Translations under genes and position numbers: made by a program
NCBI RefSeq assembly: GCF_009834535.1
Contig: NC_045699.1
Location: 37,634,001 to 37,698,000 of the forward strand
Reading direction: 5' to 3'
Length of the DNA stretch: 64,000 nt
Origin: Camelus ferus
Taxonomy: Eukaryota
In this document: piece after piece, positions 12,576 through 24,586 of the stretch
How the letters are laid out: each line of letters begins with the position of its first letter
How positions within the stretch are numbered: the stretch's first letter is position 1
The notes under the pieces: model-generated
What the model saw: only the letters and a program-made list of their open reading frames with translations
The model's database searches: none
What the model was told of the DNA's origin: nothing

Positions 12576-14259
12576 AATGATGATATTCATTTACCTAGAA
12601 ATGGATATATTATGTAGTGTTTATGATTTTATTACCATAAAGTGCAGTTAATTTGTTTTATAAGATTATGTGCTAAACATTCTTACACTCTTTACCACAC
12701 ACATCATCCATTTATAAATAAACTGGGTCACTCACAGCTAATGTGGAAGAGACAGCCTGCAAGATACCATTGAAAATGTATCTACTAACCATCATTAATA
12801 AGAGATTGAGATGAAGAAATTAGAAGACTGTTTTAACTGATAATGCCATGCCATGTTATTTTTCTTGTTTTCAGCATTAACATTGAATATGTCTATATAT
12901 TCATTGTAAATTGAAATCCTTATTTTCAGAAAATACACTGGATCTATTCTCTGAATTACTTTAAAACAAGTAAATAAATACAAATAGTCAGATCCCACAG
13001 TACATCTATTGGAGTTAAATGAACCTAACTTAACAAGAAGTTCCATATGTCATTTGTACTTCCTACTGAGTCTTTCATCACATTTAATGGAGCAGCTGAA
13101 TTCCTCAAGTCTAGAGCCATGATACAGTTTCCCTGAGTTAAGTCTTAGAGAACTTATGAATTGCTATTTTGTGGCAGTGATACTCTCTGGTACAATACAC
13201 CATATTACGTTAACTTGCCAATCAAATTTATGTGTAATAACCAATAAGGAGCTTTAAGAGAGCTGATAAACAGACATATTAGAACAAAATTAGTGAGAGG
13301 AAAATGACTTCGTTGGGACACCATAACTGTTATTAATTACCAAATTGCTCTCATGTATGTTGCTTACTATAATGGATGACAATTTGTGAGTTCCAGAACA
13401 CATTAAAAACTGTCTTCATTGAAAAATAAAAACTATAATGATTTTTTTTTTAACTTAAGAGATTTTTCAGGAACAAATGACCTTTTGAGGTGGAAGAAGA
13501 ATGAATAGTTTAACAGTATTGATTGAAGGAAGTGTTTTAGGGACGCCAGAGATACCTTATCAGTCACACTGGCTTTGAGTCTTGAATTTCAACCACAAAA
13601 TTTGGGTTCTTTTGTATATTTTTATCTTTTCATTAGAAAGTATTTCAATTTGCTGCAAAATTGCAAGAGTAAAAATAGTACAAACAAAAACTCTATGTAC
13701 GACCTATTATAAATATTTTACTCTATTTGCTTTATCATTTGCTCTCATTCTCTTTCTCTCTCAAAGGAAACAAATACATGGAATATATAAAAATAAAAAT
13801 ATGAAATATTTTTCTCATAGACACATGGGAGTAAAAGTGCATACATCATGGCCCTAAAATGTTTCAGGGGTGTTTTTCAGGAATAAGGAGTTAGTCTTAT
13901 ATTATCACAATATACTTATCAACTTTAGTAAATTTAAAATTGATGACACCTAATTTATAGTTTTTATTCCAGTTTTGTCAATTGAATCAAATAATGGCCT
14001 TTATAGTACTTTTTTAACCTATAATACGTTTACTATCAGCTATTGCATTCAGTTGTAATGTCTCTGATACTTGTGAATGTATGTTACTGCCTCTTGATAC
14101 ATAAATATCTCCTGAATGACATAAAATAATTGTTACAATCTTTATTGATAAAATAAAGAAAAACAACAAATTTCAAAAACCCACAAAATCTCTTCCATAG
14201 AATTATTCTTTCATTTTTTCATTTCCATCTTTTTTCATCTTTCTCCCACTGAAGTTCTT

Positions 14260-15530
14260 AAAACTATGTTCTACACTCCTTTTTTTGACCTACAGAGAGC
14301 TCAACTTCCTATTATTTTCTTTCGGCTTCACTACTCCATGTAAAGCATTTGTGAAGTCTGCTGATGACTTCAGAAATCCAGTGATCTTCTTGTACTCTTA
14401 TTCCTGATCGTATCTTCAGCATTTTTTCCTCTTTACTATCTCCTTGATACTAGACTCTGTCTCTTACTTCGTCCCATTGCTCCTGGATTCCCCACCTATT
14501 ATCTTCTCTAGCTTTCTGATCAGCTTTTACCCACCTCACTTGTTGCCTCATCATCTTTCAGTCTCTTAAAACTAGAAGTTCTTCAAACCTGTCTTTGGCA
14601 CTTTGGCCAACTTGTGGACTCAGCAATTACCGTCATGTAAACAAAATCTAAACAGATAACTAACACAAATCTAAACCACCCTGAATTTCAGCATCTCACT
14701 TTCAACTTGTCCTATCAGCACTTCAAACTCGTTATCCAAATGTTGCTCTTAGCCTGCCCTCTCCAGCTAGCTTCACCCTTGCTCTGCTGTTTCACTTAGC
14801 TTTCAGAATATGAGACTTTCCCATCTCTCTTACTCCATAACAGTACCACCATCTCGTATTTCTAGCCATTATATCTTATTAAAATCTCTAACACTCACTC
14901 ATTCTCACCATTCAGACAACTATTACTTGAGTTCAGGTCATTTTTACCTTTCAATCTCTTTAACTGATTTCTATGAATCTATTTCTCTCTTCATTTGTAT
15001 TGTAACATTTTTTCTACTCTAATTATAAAATTATTTCACAACAATTTCACAAATTATTTCCTGATGAGTACTTCTGATCATATTAACTCTCTGTTAAAAA
15101 AAAAATCAATGTCTCTGCTCTGCATAGCAGAATGAAGCACAATACCTTTGACCTCATCACTAAGTCCTTCAATGATACTGGCCCCAAATTCATTGCCAAA
15201 CATTTTAAAAAACTATTTCATAAAGTACTCCACGTTGTTTTCTCTCCCTGTGTGTCACTTCATGTCTTCTCTCTCCAAGTTATTACATGATTCAAAACCC
15301 AAGGCAAATGTCCCCTAGTTTCCTTCAGAGTTGTCAGATGGAATTAATCTCTCCACCCTGAGAGACTCCATTTAAATTGCATATATGTATGTTACAGTTT
15401 AGAAAATTTTATACATATATAAACACATACACACATACATATATATACATGTATGTATGTGTATATAATACATAAACATATTTGTAAGTATAGGTGCTTA
15501 ATAAATATTTGTTTCTCAACTTAATGTATT
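14260..15530 (+). mobile_element. Long L2 LINE relic (ORF2 remnant plus 3' end)
   Basis: C/T-rich L2-like body (tcagcacttcaaactc...tccaaa) ending in agtataggtgcttaataaatatttgtt. Confidence 0.65.
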
Positions 15531-15906
15531 AATAAAGTAGACAAAATGAACCAGCCAGAGCATGAACTTTGAGGTTGCAAAGTATTTGTTATACAGGAAT
15601 TTTAGTTTAAAATGATTTATTGTAATGTGATTTGCGCTTTCCAACAGGTAAGTGTTATTACAATTTTATCTCTGAATTATAATAGCTTTCCATTGCTAGA
15701 GGGCTGGAACTTATTTAACCTAACAGACCCCTCAGTCTAAGCCCTCCGCATTCCCAGTGAGCAGAAGCGGAAAGGCACTTTTGGTTCATTACATGAACAC
15801 TTCATATGTGTCCTGAGATCCTCCTGAGAAGCTCAGTGGTAAGGTGGCTAATCCTGTTGTAAGAGCTCATTGACACCAGATGCTGCAACTGAGATGAGTT
15901 TCCAAA

Positions 15907-15938
15907 GGTTAATGAATTATATACATGACTATAAATAG
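15907..15938 (+). promoter_or_regulatory. HNF1-like site followed by a TATA box/MEF2 consensus
   Basis: GGTTAATGAATTA at 15907-15919. CTATAAATAG at 15929-15938 is an exact MEF2 consensus YTA(A/T)4TAR and contains TATAAATA. Motif match only. Confidence 0.35.
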
Positions 15939-16074
15939 CAGCATGCTTTCCTTCAGCAGCTGGTTCTTCGGAAGTAGAGACTTCAGATCAGTATTTTCCA
16001 ATGGAGGGCCTCTGCGAAGGAAATCTTCCTACGAGTTCACCTCTAAGGAGGGTTTCGAGACAACAAACACTTGA
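15925..16074 (+). other. Candidate 49-aa smORF or terminal coding exon (MTINSSMLSFSSWFFGSRDFRSVFSNGGPLRRKSSYEFTSKEGFETTNT*)
   Basis: Open frame translated by hand, with a tandem CAGCAG acceptor at 15954-15959 and 4 CpGs in about 100 nt. No protein recognised. Confidence 0.25.
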
Positions 16075-16259
16075 TGAGAAGTGCATTTAATGACTATCAA
16101 TTGCTAATGGTGATGATGGTAAAGATTTCATACCTAGAGATCTTTATTTACCCTGAAAATACTTAGGAGGTTACCTTACAAAGCTCACGTCCTTTGATTA
16201 TACCTTCATCATTTGTTAGTTTATTCCGTATTGAGCATAAGGTGTGAGATACTGCAATT

Positions 16260-16480
16260 TAGTGATTCTCAAACTTTAAAGTACATCTGAATCACTTTGT
16301 AGGGCTTGTTAAAACACTGCAGGGGAGGGAGTGAAATGGGGGTATTCCCAGAGTTTTTGATTTAATAGGTCTTTGGGGTATAAAAACTTACATTTGGTGG
16401 GATTCTATAATTTGCATTCCAGCATGCTCTTACATGTTATTGATGCTGCTGGTCTGAGTATCACACTTGGAGAACCACTG
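16260..16480. mobile_element. MER5A-type hAT-Charlie DNA transposon (MITE)
   Basis: TIRs agtgattctc / gagaaccact, typical internal tgatgctgctggtc, and a degenerate 8-bp TSD ctgcaatt / ctccagtt. Confidence 0.85.
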
Positions 16481-16939
16481 CTCCAGTTCCTTGGTCCTTC
16501 AACTTGGTCTCATATTGAAACTACATGGAGAGATTTAACGCTACCACCATTCCACCTCTCCCTGCACACCCCAACCCAAGTCTCTGAGATTTTGAACTGT
16601 GTAGGGTGTGGCCTGTTCATAGAATTTAGAATATAGGTATCAATGGCTAGCCTCTGAGGGGTCATTTTAGATAGAGATCAGAAAATCAGTCTCAGGAGCT
16701 GAACAACAGGGACAAGATATGACTCAAGAAATCAGGAGAATTCTAAAATGGCAGCTTATGGCTATTCCATATCAACAAAGCCCATCGTGGGGCAACAAAA
16801 CCCTTCAAGGAAAAAAATCACACTATCTGTATGGGAAGGTTACTGCTAACATTTAAAAAAAACTCTTTAAAGCAATCTTGTAAAACCAAACATATAGTCA
16901 TCATCAGAGCAGGAATTAATAAAACCAAGTTTCTTTAGG

Positions 16940-17075
16940 TCAGTACTTCTCTTGTCTAGAGGTCTTGTTAAAACATAGAGTGCTGTGTCCTACTCCCCAG
17001 GTTCCTGGGGGCAGGGTCCATGAATTTCATTTCTATTTCTAAACAAGTTCCCAGGCACCATACTCTGAAGAGAAT
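16940..17075. mobile_element. Partial MER5A-like element
   Basis: cttgttaaaacatagag...tttctaaacaagttcccagg...catactctgaagagaattact. Confidence 0.6.
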
Positions 17076-19384
17076 TACTTTGGAAATGAAAAGTTCAGCA
17101 AGACCTGTAATACAAAGGCAGTTCTTGATATGTCAAACAACCAATCAAGTTACCTTCAAGGTAACTCACACAATTGGCTTCAGGTAAACCAGGAATCACT
17201 AGTGAAGGTCACAGGGATGTATGTAGGTATGATAAAGACATTATATACTAATTCTGTATTAACTAAGTATGAGTGTATTAAAAGATTAGAGTTATATAAT
17301 ATATACTAAAATTTTTCTTTTAAATTATTTGAACAAAAAAGAGTGTCAAACATATATACCGAATGATCCGATGAATTCAAATTAAGCCCAGATCACTTTC
17401 TTAACTCTTTAGAAATGATGTGGATTCCTACAAAAAGGAAGATAAGATGTCTAGTACCTGTCAGTCTTTACCACTGTCATCCTACAAACCAACAGTAGAT
17501 CTTTTGGGATATCTAATGTTGAAATATCTAATTTTTTTCAAAAAATCTATGTTGAATTATTTGAGAAGCTCCAAATTTGAGAATTGCTCTTTAGCATGTA
17601 ATTCACCCATTCATTAGTCAATGACCAGACATTCTGCTAGTCACTAATGATAAAATTGTCAAACAGAAGACATCATGCCTGTCTTCATGAAAGTGAATGG
17701 GGAAAATAGACATTAATCAACTAATTTACTAAGTATATCATCACTAACTGTGATATTGCAATGAGAAAGGTTTATAAATAATTTACATGTTATAGAGAGT
17801 GTTTGAATACTCACAAAACCATCTTTTGCTATCAAAGCTGTATAACATAAAGGAGAAAACACACCAAGAGTCATACTCTGTTTGAATGACTGGCACACCA
17901 GACCAAAAAGGTTCAAATCTGTGCCTCAATAAAATTATAAATCATTATATGTCACTGACTTTCAGGGAATATTTCCAGTGATTGCAACTATGCCACAAAT
18001 TGTAACTAAAGCCACAAATGCCACAGGTCTGTTGTGCTTGGCTAAAGTGATTTTTTGCAATCTTTGCTAAAATTGTCTTTTATCAGTGAGAAATTACAGG
18101 CCAAGTTTTTTCAAATCAAAATCAATACATGTGATAGTGGCATTTTTAGCAACAATTATGACTAACTTAGGTTAAATAGTTTTTATCCAAGAGGTTATAC
18201 TAATATTTGTACTCTAAATATGGTCAAGGATCTCAAGAAATACGTTATCAAGCAATGTTTATAGCAATGCCTTAATAAGACAGGCTTACTTATCTTTTTC
18301 TACACACTTACTTCGTATTTTGTAAAGTTTTCATTGAAATATAATAAAGATTAAAAATGGCATAAAATACAAATGTACAGGTCAATGAAGTTTTACAAAA
18401 TAAACACAGCCATTTTGAAAGGTTTAGAAAATAATGCCAAAGTCTTTCCATTGTGTTGTACCAATTTACACTCCATGCAGCAATAAATGAGTGTCTCAGT
18501 GGCTTCATATTCTAGCTAATTCTCAAAATTATTTTCCATTTTAGCCATTCTGGTGAAGTATAAATAAAACCAAGAAATTGTGGTTTTAATTTGTTTGCCT
18601 TTGGATATTCTTTTCTTTGTGAGTTTTTTAACTTTTGCATTATCTGCCTTTTACTTCTTGGTCAGGAGGAGTTTAATATGTAGTTTGGTACAAGTACTTT
18701 GTCAGCTCTATGTACCACATTTTCTCCCTTTCTGTGGGGTCTTTCATTATGGCGACATTGCCTTCCCAGCATTCAGGATTATTCTCTACTCTGCTTTTCA
18801 AAGATTTACTGCCAAGCTTTCTAGGTTCCTGGCTCATGCAGCTTCAAAATCTGGCAAATGCACCGAGGGCAAAACACTGCTGTTTGTTTGAGCCCTCATA
18901 AGAGTCACCCATTTCATCACTTCAGCCTCATGAACCCACCAATGTTTTGTGGTTTCCCCACCCCATGACATCTAGCAGTAACCTGCTCTGGAAAAACCTC
19001 TAGTCCTCATTACTTGAACAGCTTCTTGGTGCCTTTAGTCTTTTAAAAATTTCTCACAGCTTTTCCATTTGTTCTTAGTTGGACCACTGAGGTTTCAAAG
19101 GCCACACTATCCTGCCTGGAATTGGATGCCATACTACGTACCTAAACATATTAATAAAGCATGTCAAATACTACTTAAAAATCAGTAAATATGTGAGAAA
19201 GTAGGATTACCAACTCAGTTTCGGACTTGAAAATGATGAAGAATGCATAGTCCAAACTATACAGTAATACTTAAGAATAATTTAAAAAGCAAACTTCTAG
19301 GGATTAGATTACAATTTGAATTGTTTATTCTTATTTTTGTTTCTCTGTGATTTGCTGTGTTTTTGAGGAGTAAAACACAGCAGC

Positions 19385-19850
19385 CACCTAGAACTCAAGA
19401 AACTCAGTTCCTAGTGCCTGTCCCATTAATAAACTACCATTTCATGTTTCTGGACCTCCATCTTGCTGATCTATAAAATGAGAAACTTTATATGTGTATG
19501 TGTGATGTTATAATTGACATATAACATTATATTAGTTTCAGATGTAAAACATAATGATTCAATATTTGTATATTTTGGGAAATGATCACCACAATAACCT
19601 AGTTAACATCCCTTACCATACATAGTTACAATTTTTTTTTCTTGTGATAAGAACTTTTAAAATCTACTCTCTTAGTGTATTCAAATATGCAATACAGTAT
19701 TATTAGCTATAGACTCCATGCTGTATATTACATCCCCATGGCTTTTTTATTTTGGAAGTTTGTACTTTTTGATTGCTTTCACCCATTTCGCTTACCTCCC
19801 ACTCCTGATAAAAATGAGAACTTTAAGTTAAATTATCTGGAGGGTCTTTT
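19385..19850 (+). mobile_element. MIR/MIR3 relic split by an L1 insertion
   Basis: MIR core (tttctggacctccatcttgctgatctataaaatgagaa) resumes after 19810 (aaaatgagaactttaagttaaattatctggagggtc). Confidence 0.55.
19491..19809 (-). mobile_element. 5'-truncated L1 (L1MA9-like) 3' end with target-site duplication
   Basis: Recognisable antisense L1MA 3' end (ttataattgacatataacattatattagtttcag...aaaatctactctcttag). Flanked by aaaatgagaaacttt (19475-19489) and aaaatgagaacttt (19811-19824). Confidence 0.85.
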
Positions 19851-20368
19851 TTTTTTTTAACTTTCAAAAAATGTTTTCTGCAATATTTCCACGTTTCTCA
19901 TCTGCAACTTATTTTTGAGTCTAGATAACTAAATTTAAAATATTAGTTGTCACTTCAGGCAAAAGAAGAGGCAAGTAAAGAAATAATGATTACTCTCCAA
20001 ATTCACCGCTGATGAAATATGACTAAGGTACTGTATTTATTGGGGACATTTAAAAATATAACATAGAAAGTAGAATAACATAATAATTAACAACAATGAG
20101 TTAATGTTTGTAAAATGTGCACAACTATGTCAGGCAAACAGGAATTAATATAAAGTTTATTTAAAGAGATAAAATTATGTATGTGTATACATACACACAT
20201 CTTATAAGATAAGTCACATGAAAACATCTTCTTGATATTTTTTAATGACAATTAATAAATAATTTTTCCTAATGGAAAATTCCTTTATTTTTTGAGAAAA
20301 CTCAACAATTGAACATAGCCATGTTCAATAGCCATGCTACTTAGAGGAGCTTCACTCAATACGCATAC

Positions 20369-20437
20369 CTGGGGAAAATTCTCCAGGAATCATCAGTAGG
20401 CTTTTGTTTTCTCAATTCAGAATATGTCTCCATTGGA
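20369..20437 (-). other. Candidate 69-nt internal exon (phase 2-2; PMETYSELRKQKPTDDSWRIFP)
   Basis: Minus strand reads ttttgccttttcctttttcctgacgttgtcag|TCCAATGG...TTCCCCAG|gtatgc. One open frame; no protein recognised. Confidence 0.35.
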
Positions 20438-21639
20438 CTGACAACGTCAGGAAAAAGGAAAAGGCAAAATAAAATAGTCATTCTTCTGAATCTTCTGTTC
20501 TCAATACTGAGTAATCCTGAAATAATTTTTCCCCTTAGGAGAGAATAAAAAGTTTAGAGAGCTACTTTCATTATTTTTCACATCTGTCTTTCTTTTTTCA
20601 AGTCTCAGTCAGACCCCTAAACTAAAATCCAGAAATACATCAAGAAAGGCAGATCTGATGTTGGGAATAAGAAGCCCTAAATCCTTACATCTAGCCTTAC
20701 TTCAAAATCCCCTGCAACGTTTCCCTTATCACTTGGCCTTCTTTAGTCCCTTGAAGAATTTGGCTTCACAGTCTGAAGAGGGACAGAGAAGGAACTGAGA
20801 AAGTTTTTAGGTAGAATTGAAGCCCAGTTGGTATCATCTGAAGTACCATATTAGAAACAAAAGCACTTTATTTGGAACCACCAGGCATTGTAATTTTTTT
20901 TTTTTCCAAAGCAGCAAATTAGTGAGAACTGTCAAGGTTTCTGCAATAGTCGTTTTGTTTTGTTTTCCATTTCTGGATTTATTTTCAAATTTATCACTGG
21001 CAGTTTGGGGATCATTAGATTGAAATTTCATTTATGTGAACTTTATGATCATGGGAGTTGAAATGGCTTGTCAGACCATTTCTTTGTTTCCCATTTTTCC
21101 TTTTCTTTTTTTTTTTTTTTTAAGTCCTATTCCCCAGCAGCCCAGGATTTTGTTACAAAGTTTCTCACAGTGCATTTCCATGTCCTTAGCTTCTGCTTAG
21201 TTTTGCTTTGAGCACCAGTCTTGAGTCTTCATCTCAGAACCCTATGTGGGTATCGCTTTCCTTTCAGGAAAGAAGCTAACATCTGAATTTTCATAGATGG
21301 TTGAATTTGAACAAAGCTATTTTTGAGATCCAGGGTAACAGGATTTTGCCTAGAATCTGATCAGATCATGCAGAATTCACAATCACTTTTGTTTTTCCTT
21401 TTGATTGAGATTAAACTCTAACAAACTGACACTCCTTTAGAGGAGCACATGTTAGAAGTGAATTGAACACATAATATGAAATGGTCAAGGGCACTGGAAG
21501 GTCAACTTATGAAGAATATTCAAGAAAAGACTGTAATAATATTGGTATTCTACCGAGGTTCCCCTAGGATCATTTTAATATTTTTGCAAATACTCCTACC
21601 TCTCATCTTTGGTGTGCTTTTGCTTTTAACATCCAACAC

Positions 21640-22034
21640 CTGTGGGTTTCCTCGAGCAGGTGGGCCACAAGCTACTGAAACCAGGTTGCCCATTGCTCCT
21701 TAAGCACAGAGGGCTGAATCTGCCAGAGACTCTACTGTCCCCTGTGGGTGTTGCCCCTCAACTAATTACTGACACATGCAAGGTCATGAAAGCTCAGCTC
21801 CCTTGCTTCAAAATGCACAACTCAACATAACCTACACTGCAGAGATGCCCTGCAGAATCAGGCTGAAGATGCCTCATCTGGAAGACCTGACCTAAGATCT
21901 CAACCTTAACTGGCCTCTTACACCCTGTCCAACTTCCCTCACTCTTCCCACTTTTCTCTGACCACTCCCTTAATAAGTCACTTGCAACGTATTTTCATTA
22001 TAGGAATGGCTTCTGGTTTACCTTACCTGATACA
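21640..22034 (+). mobile_element. ERVL-type solo LTR (LTR16-like)
   Basis: 3' part resembles the LTR16 end (ccactcccttaataagtcacttgcaac...accttacctgataca). 5' boundary uncertain. Confidence 0.5.
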
Positions 22035-22069
22035 CAGGATAAGATACCTAAAATATTAAGTCAATCACA

Positions 22070-22230
22070 TACATTCATTCAACAAATATTTACTGAGAGC
22101 TTTCTTTGTGCCACTACTGTGCTACTGCTGATAAAGTGGTGAAAAAAAGATAGGAAACTGGAGGAGAGAGGCATAGTTAATAATTTCATATGTAACTAGT
22201 TAGTTGTTAATTATGATGAGTGCAATGAAA
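22070..22230 (-). mobile_element. L2 3' end
   Basis: cattcattcaacaaatatttactgagagc is the antisense L2 terminus. Confidence 0.7.
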
Positions 22231-22329
22231 GAGAACTTGTGGCTTTCTAGTTACTTTCATCAGAGGGAAATGGTTTATACCTATCCTGAGAGGCTCCAAT
22301 GGACAGATCTGGGAAAAATGAATGGAATC

Positions 22330-22535
22330 TACCAGAAGAGAGACTTCAGCTGAATATAGGAAAGTTTTAGCCCTGCCCAGAGGTGGAAAAGGGCTCCTAT
22401 GAGAGAGGAGGACTCCTCACCAATGGAGGTATTTATAGTCAAGCCTCAACATCATTGATTGTTGTGTCCATGAGAATCAAGCCTCTGTTGGACTAGATGA
22501 ACTAGAGGAAGCCTTAGAGCCTGAGTCTAGTCATT
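22330..22535 (+). mobile_element. CR1/L3 3' end relic
   Basis: ttcagctgaatataggaaag...ctcaccaatggaggtattt...ttggactagatgaact. Confidence 0.5.
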
Positions 22536-23099
22536 GTGGTGACACTACATAGCATATTAGAGAAAACAAAAGGACAGCTCAAGAAGATATTGAAAGATTT
22601 CAGTTTCAAGTCTGGAAGTAAATGTCAGAGGGATGGTCAGTAAAAGAGCTTTTTGTCATAAAAGATGAAATAATCTTGTCATACAGTCTTTGCCAGATTC
22701 AAAAATGACTTTTTGCCATCATTAAAAACACATTCATAAAATAAAACTAAAATCTATGCTTATTTGTAGAGTTGCTTTCCCTACATTCAAAATATGGATG
22801 CAACACTGGTTATAAGACCCTGATGTGATGATGGTAAGAAGGGTAACCTGAATTCTGAGGACATTGATCTTACTATATAAAACCATTTCATATAAATTAC
22901 TGTCTTCTGTTGGACACTCATAGTACATGAATGTGTACCTACTATGTATGACATGCCTTAAATGCATTGTATTGATGACCACTCTGGGTCTTCAATACAA
23001 TAAACATATTTAAATTAGAATTAACCTGATATATACTCGTATTACATCTAACATATAGAGCAAAAATACATACAAAGAATAAATTATGTCAAATAATAA

Positions 23100-23240
23100 A
23101 TATCATGTAAGTGTTTCCCTTATTAGTATGTAAGTCTCTGAGGGAAGAAGCCATTTCCATCTTGTTTTTTTACTGTATCTTCAATACCTAGAATAGTGTC
23201 TGGTACAAAGTCATTGAAAAATAATTATTTGGGAATTAAT
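23100..23240 (+). mobile_element. L2 3' end
   Basis: tgtaagtctctgagggaag...tacctagaatagtgtctggtaca. Confidence 0.6.
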
Positions 23241-24406
23241 GCAAGATAAAGATTTATGAATAAAGATGAAATTCATGTGGATATACATATATAATATACA
23301 TAAAAGGGGTATTCTTAAAGTGGTAGTTCTTCTTCATGACTTAGTTTTGTTTATTTTTTAGAGTAAGTTTTTCTTCTAAATTAGCAGAAACTTTTCCAGG
23401 CAAGAATGCTAATATCAGCTTCCTACGATTGATCACTGACCCTTCACTTTAAGCCAAAAATCACTACAAGAACAATCTTCTGTCACACTGTCTCATATTT
23501 TTAAAATATTTTATTAGTACAAGGTATTAGACGCTTTACAGAATAAGAAGAACAACACAAAACTCTCAAGTGAATAACTGAAAATTCCTAACCAAATGGT
23601 TAATGCCTAGAAGTCCATAATGAGTTCATTTCTGCATTAATGAGATTTTAGATGTGTTTTGTATCTTTGCCCCCTCACCCCTGGGTCTTTCTACCCCATC
23701 CTTTGTCACCACTCTGGAGCCAACAAGATTTTGCTCCAGTATAAATCATCCTCATTAGGTGAACTAGATTATGTTGATGAGTTCAGCTGGAGCTAGATTT
23801 ATGAAGTGACACGAAGTTTGAAATCTCAATTTATTCCAGTCCTATGTATTATCTTCTATGAGCAGTTTTATGATGTGGTAATTGGGCAAGAGTTCAGCAT
23901 TCTGATAGCCCCAGGAGATTCAATTCCACGATAATAAAAGACATTTAAAAAGTCTAACCATTTTATGAAAGAGTACCCTGAATATCAATGCATTTATTTC
24001 ACTTTTTTAAAAATCTGAGACATACTTCAATTTTTTTTCCTTTTCATTCAATATTGTTCAAGCTTGAAGTATTGACTCACCAGAGGGTGATCTAGAAGGC
24101 GTAAAGCTCCACTGGACTAGATAAGTCCTGTACATCACTGATTACTACCCTGATGACTTCTTTATTCAGGCCCAGAAGTCAGATCTGCTTCTTTGTACAG
24201 AAACTACAGGACCGACAGCACACAATGAATCACGCCTAACAACATGCTGACAAGCTGGCAAGAGACAGCCTGTACAGTGACAAATACAGCTGACAACAAG
24301 TGTACACATCTGTTTGGTAGGATTTATGAGAAAGGAATACAAACAAGCAGAAGATGGGTTCTTTGGTTTTATAAGAGAATTTAGAGGCTCTTTTCTTTCT
24401 ATCCAA

Positions 24407-24586
24407 NNNNNNNNNNNNNNNNNNNNNNNNNNNNNNNNNNNNNNNNNNNNNNNNNNNNNNNNNNNNNNNNNNNNNNNNNNNNNNNNNNNNNNNNNNNNNN
24501 NNNNNNNNNNNNNNNNNNNNNNNNNNNNNNNNNNNNNNNNNNNNNNNNNNNNNNNNNNNNNNNNNNNNNNNNNNNNNNNNNNNNNN
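24407..24586. other. Assembly gap (180 N)
   Basis: Run of N. Confidence 1.

Noticed and set aside
16320-16350. G-quadruplex
   Set aside because: Only three close G-runs, and it lies inside MER5A.
21476-21703. 75-aa ORF with a TM-like segment
   Set aside because: The 3' end runs into the LTR16-like relic, and the hydrophobicity is explained by T-richness; no supporting splice or promoter context.
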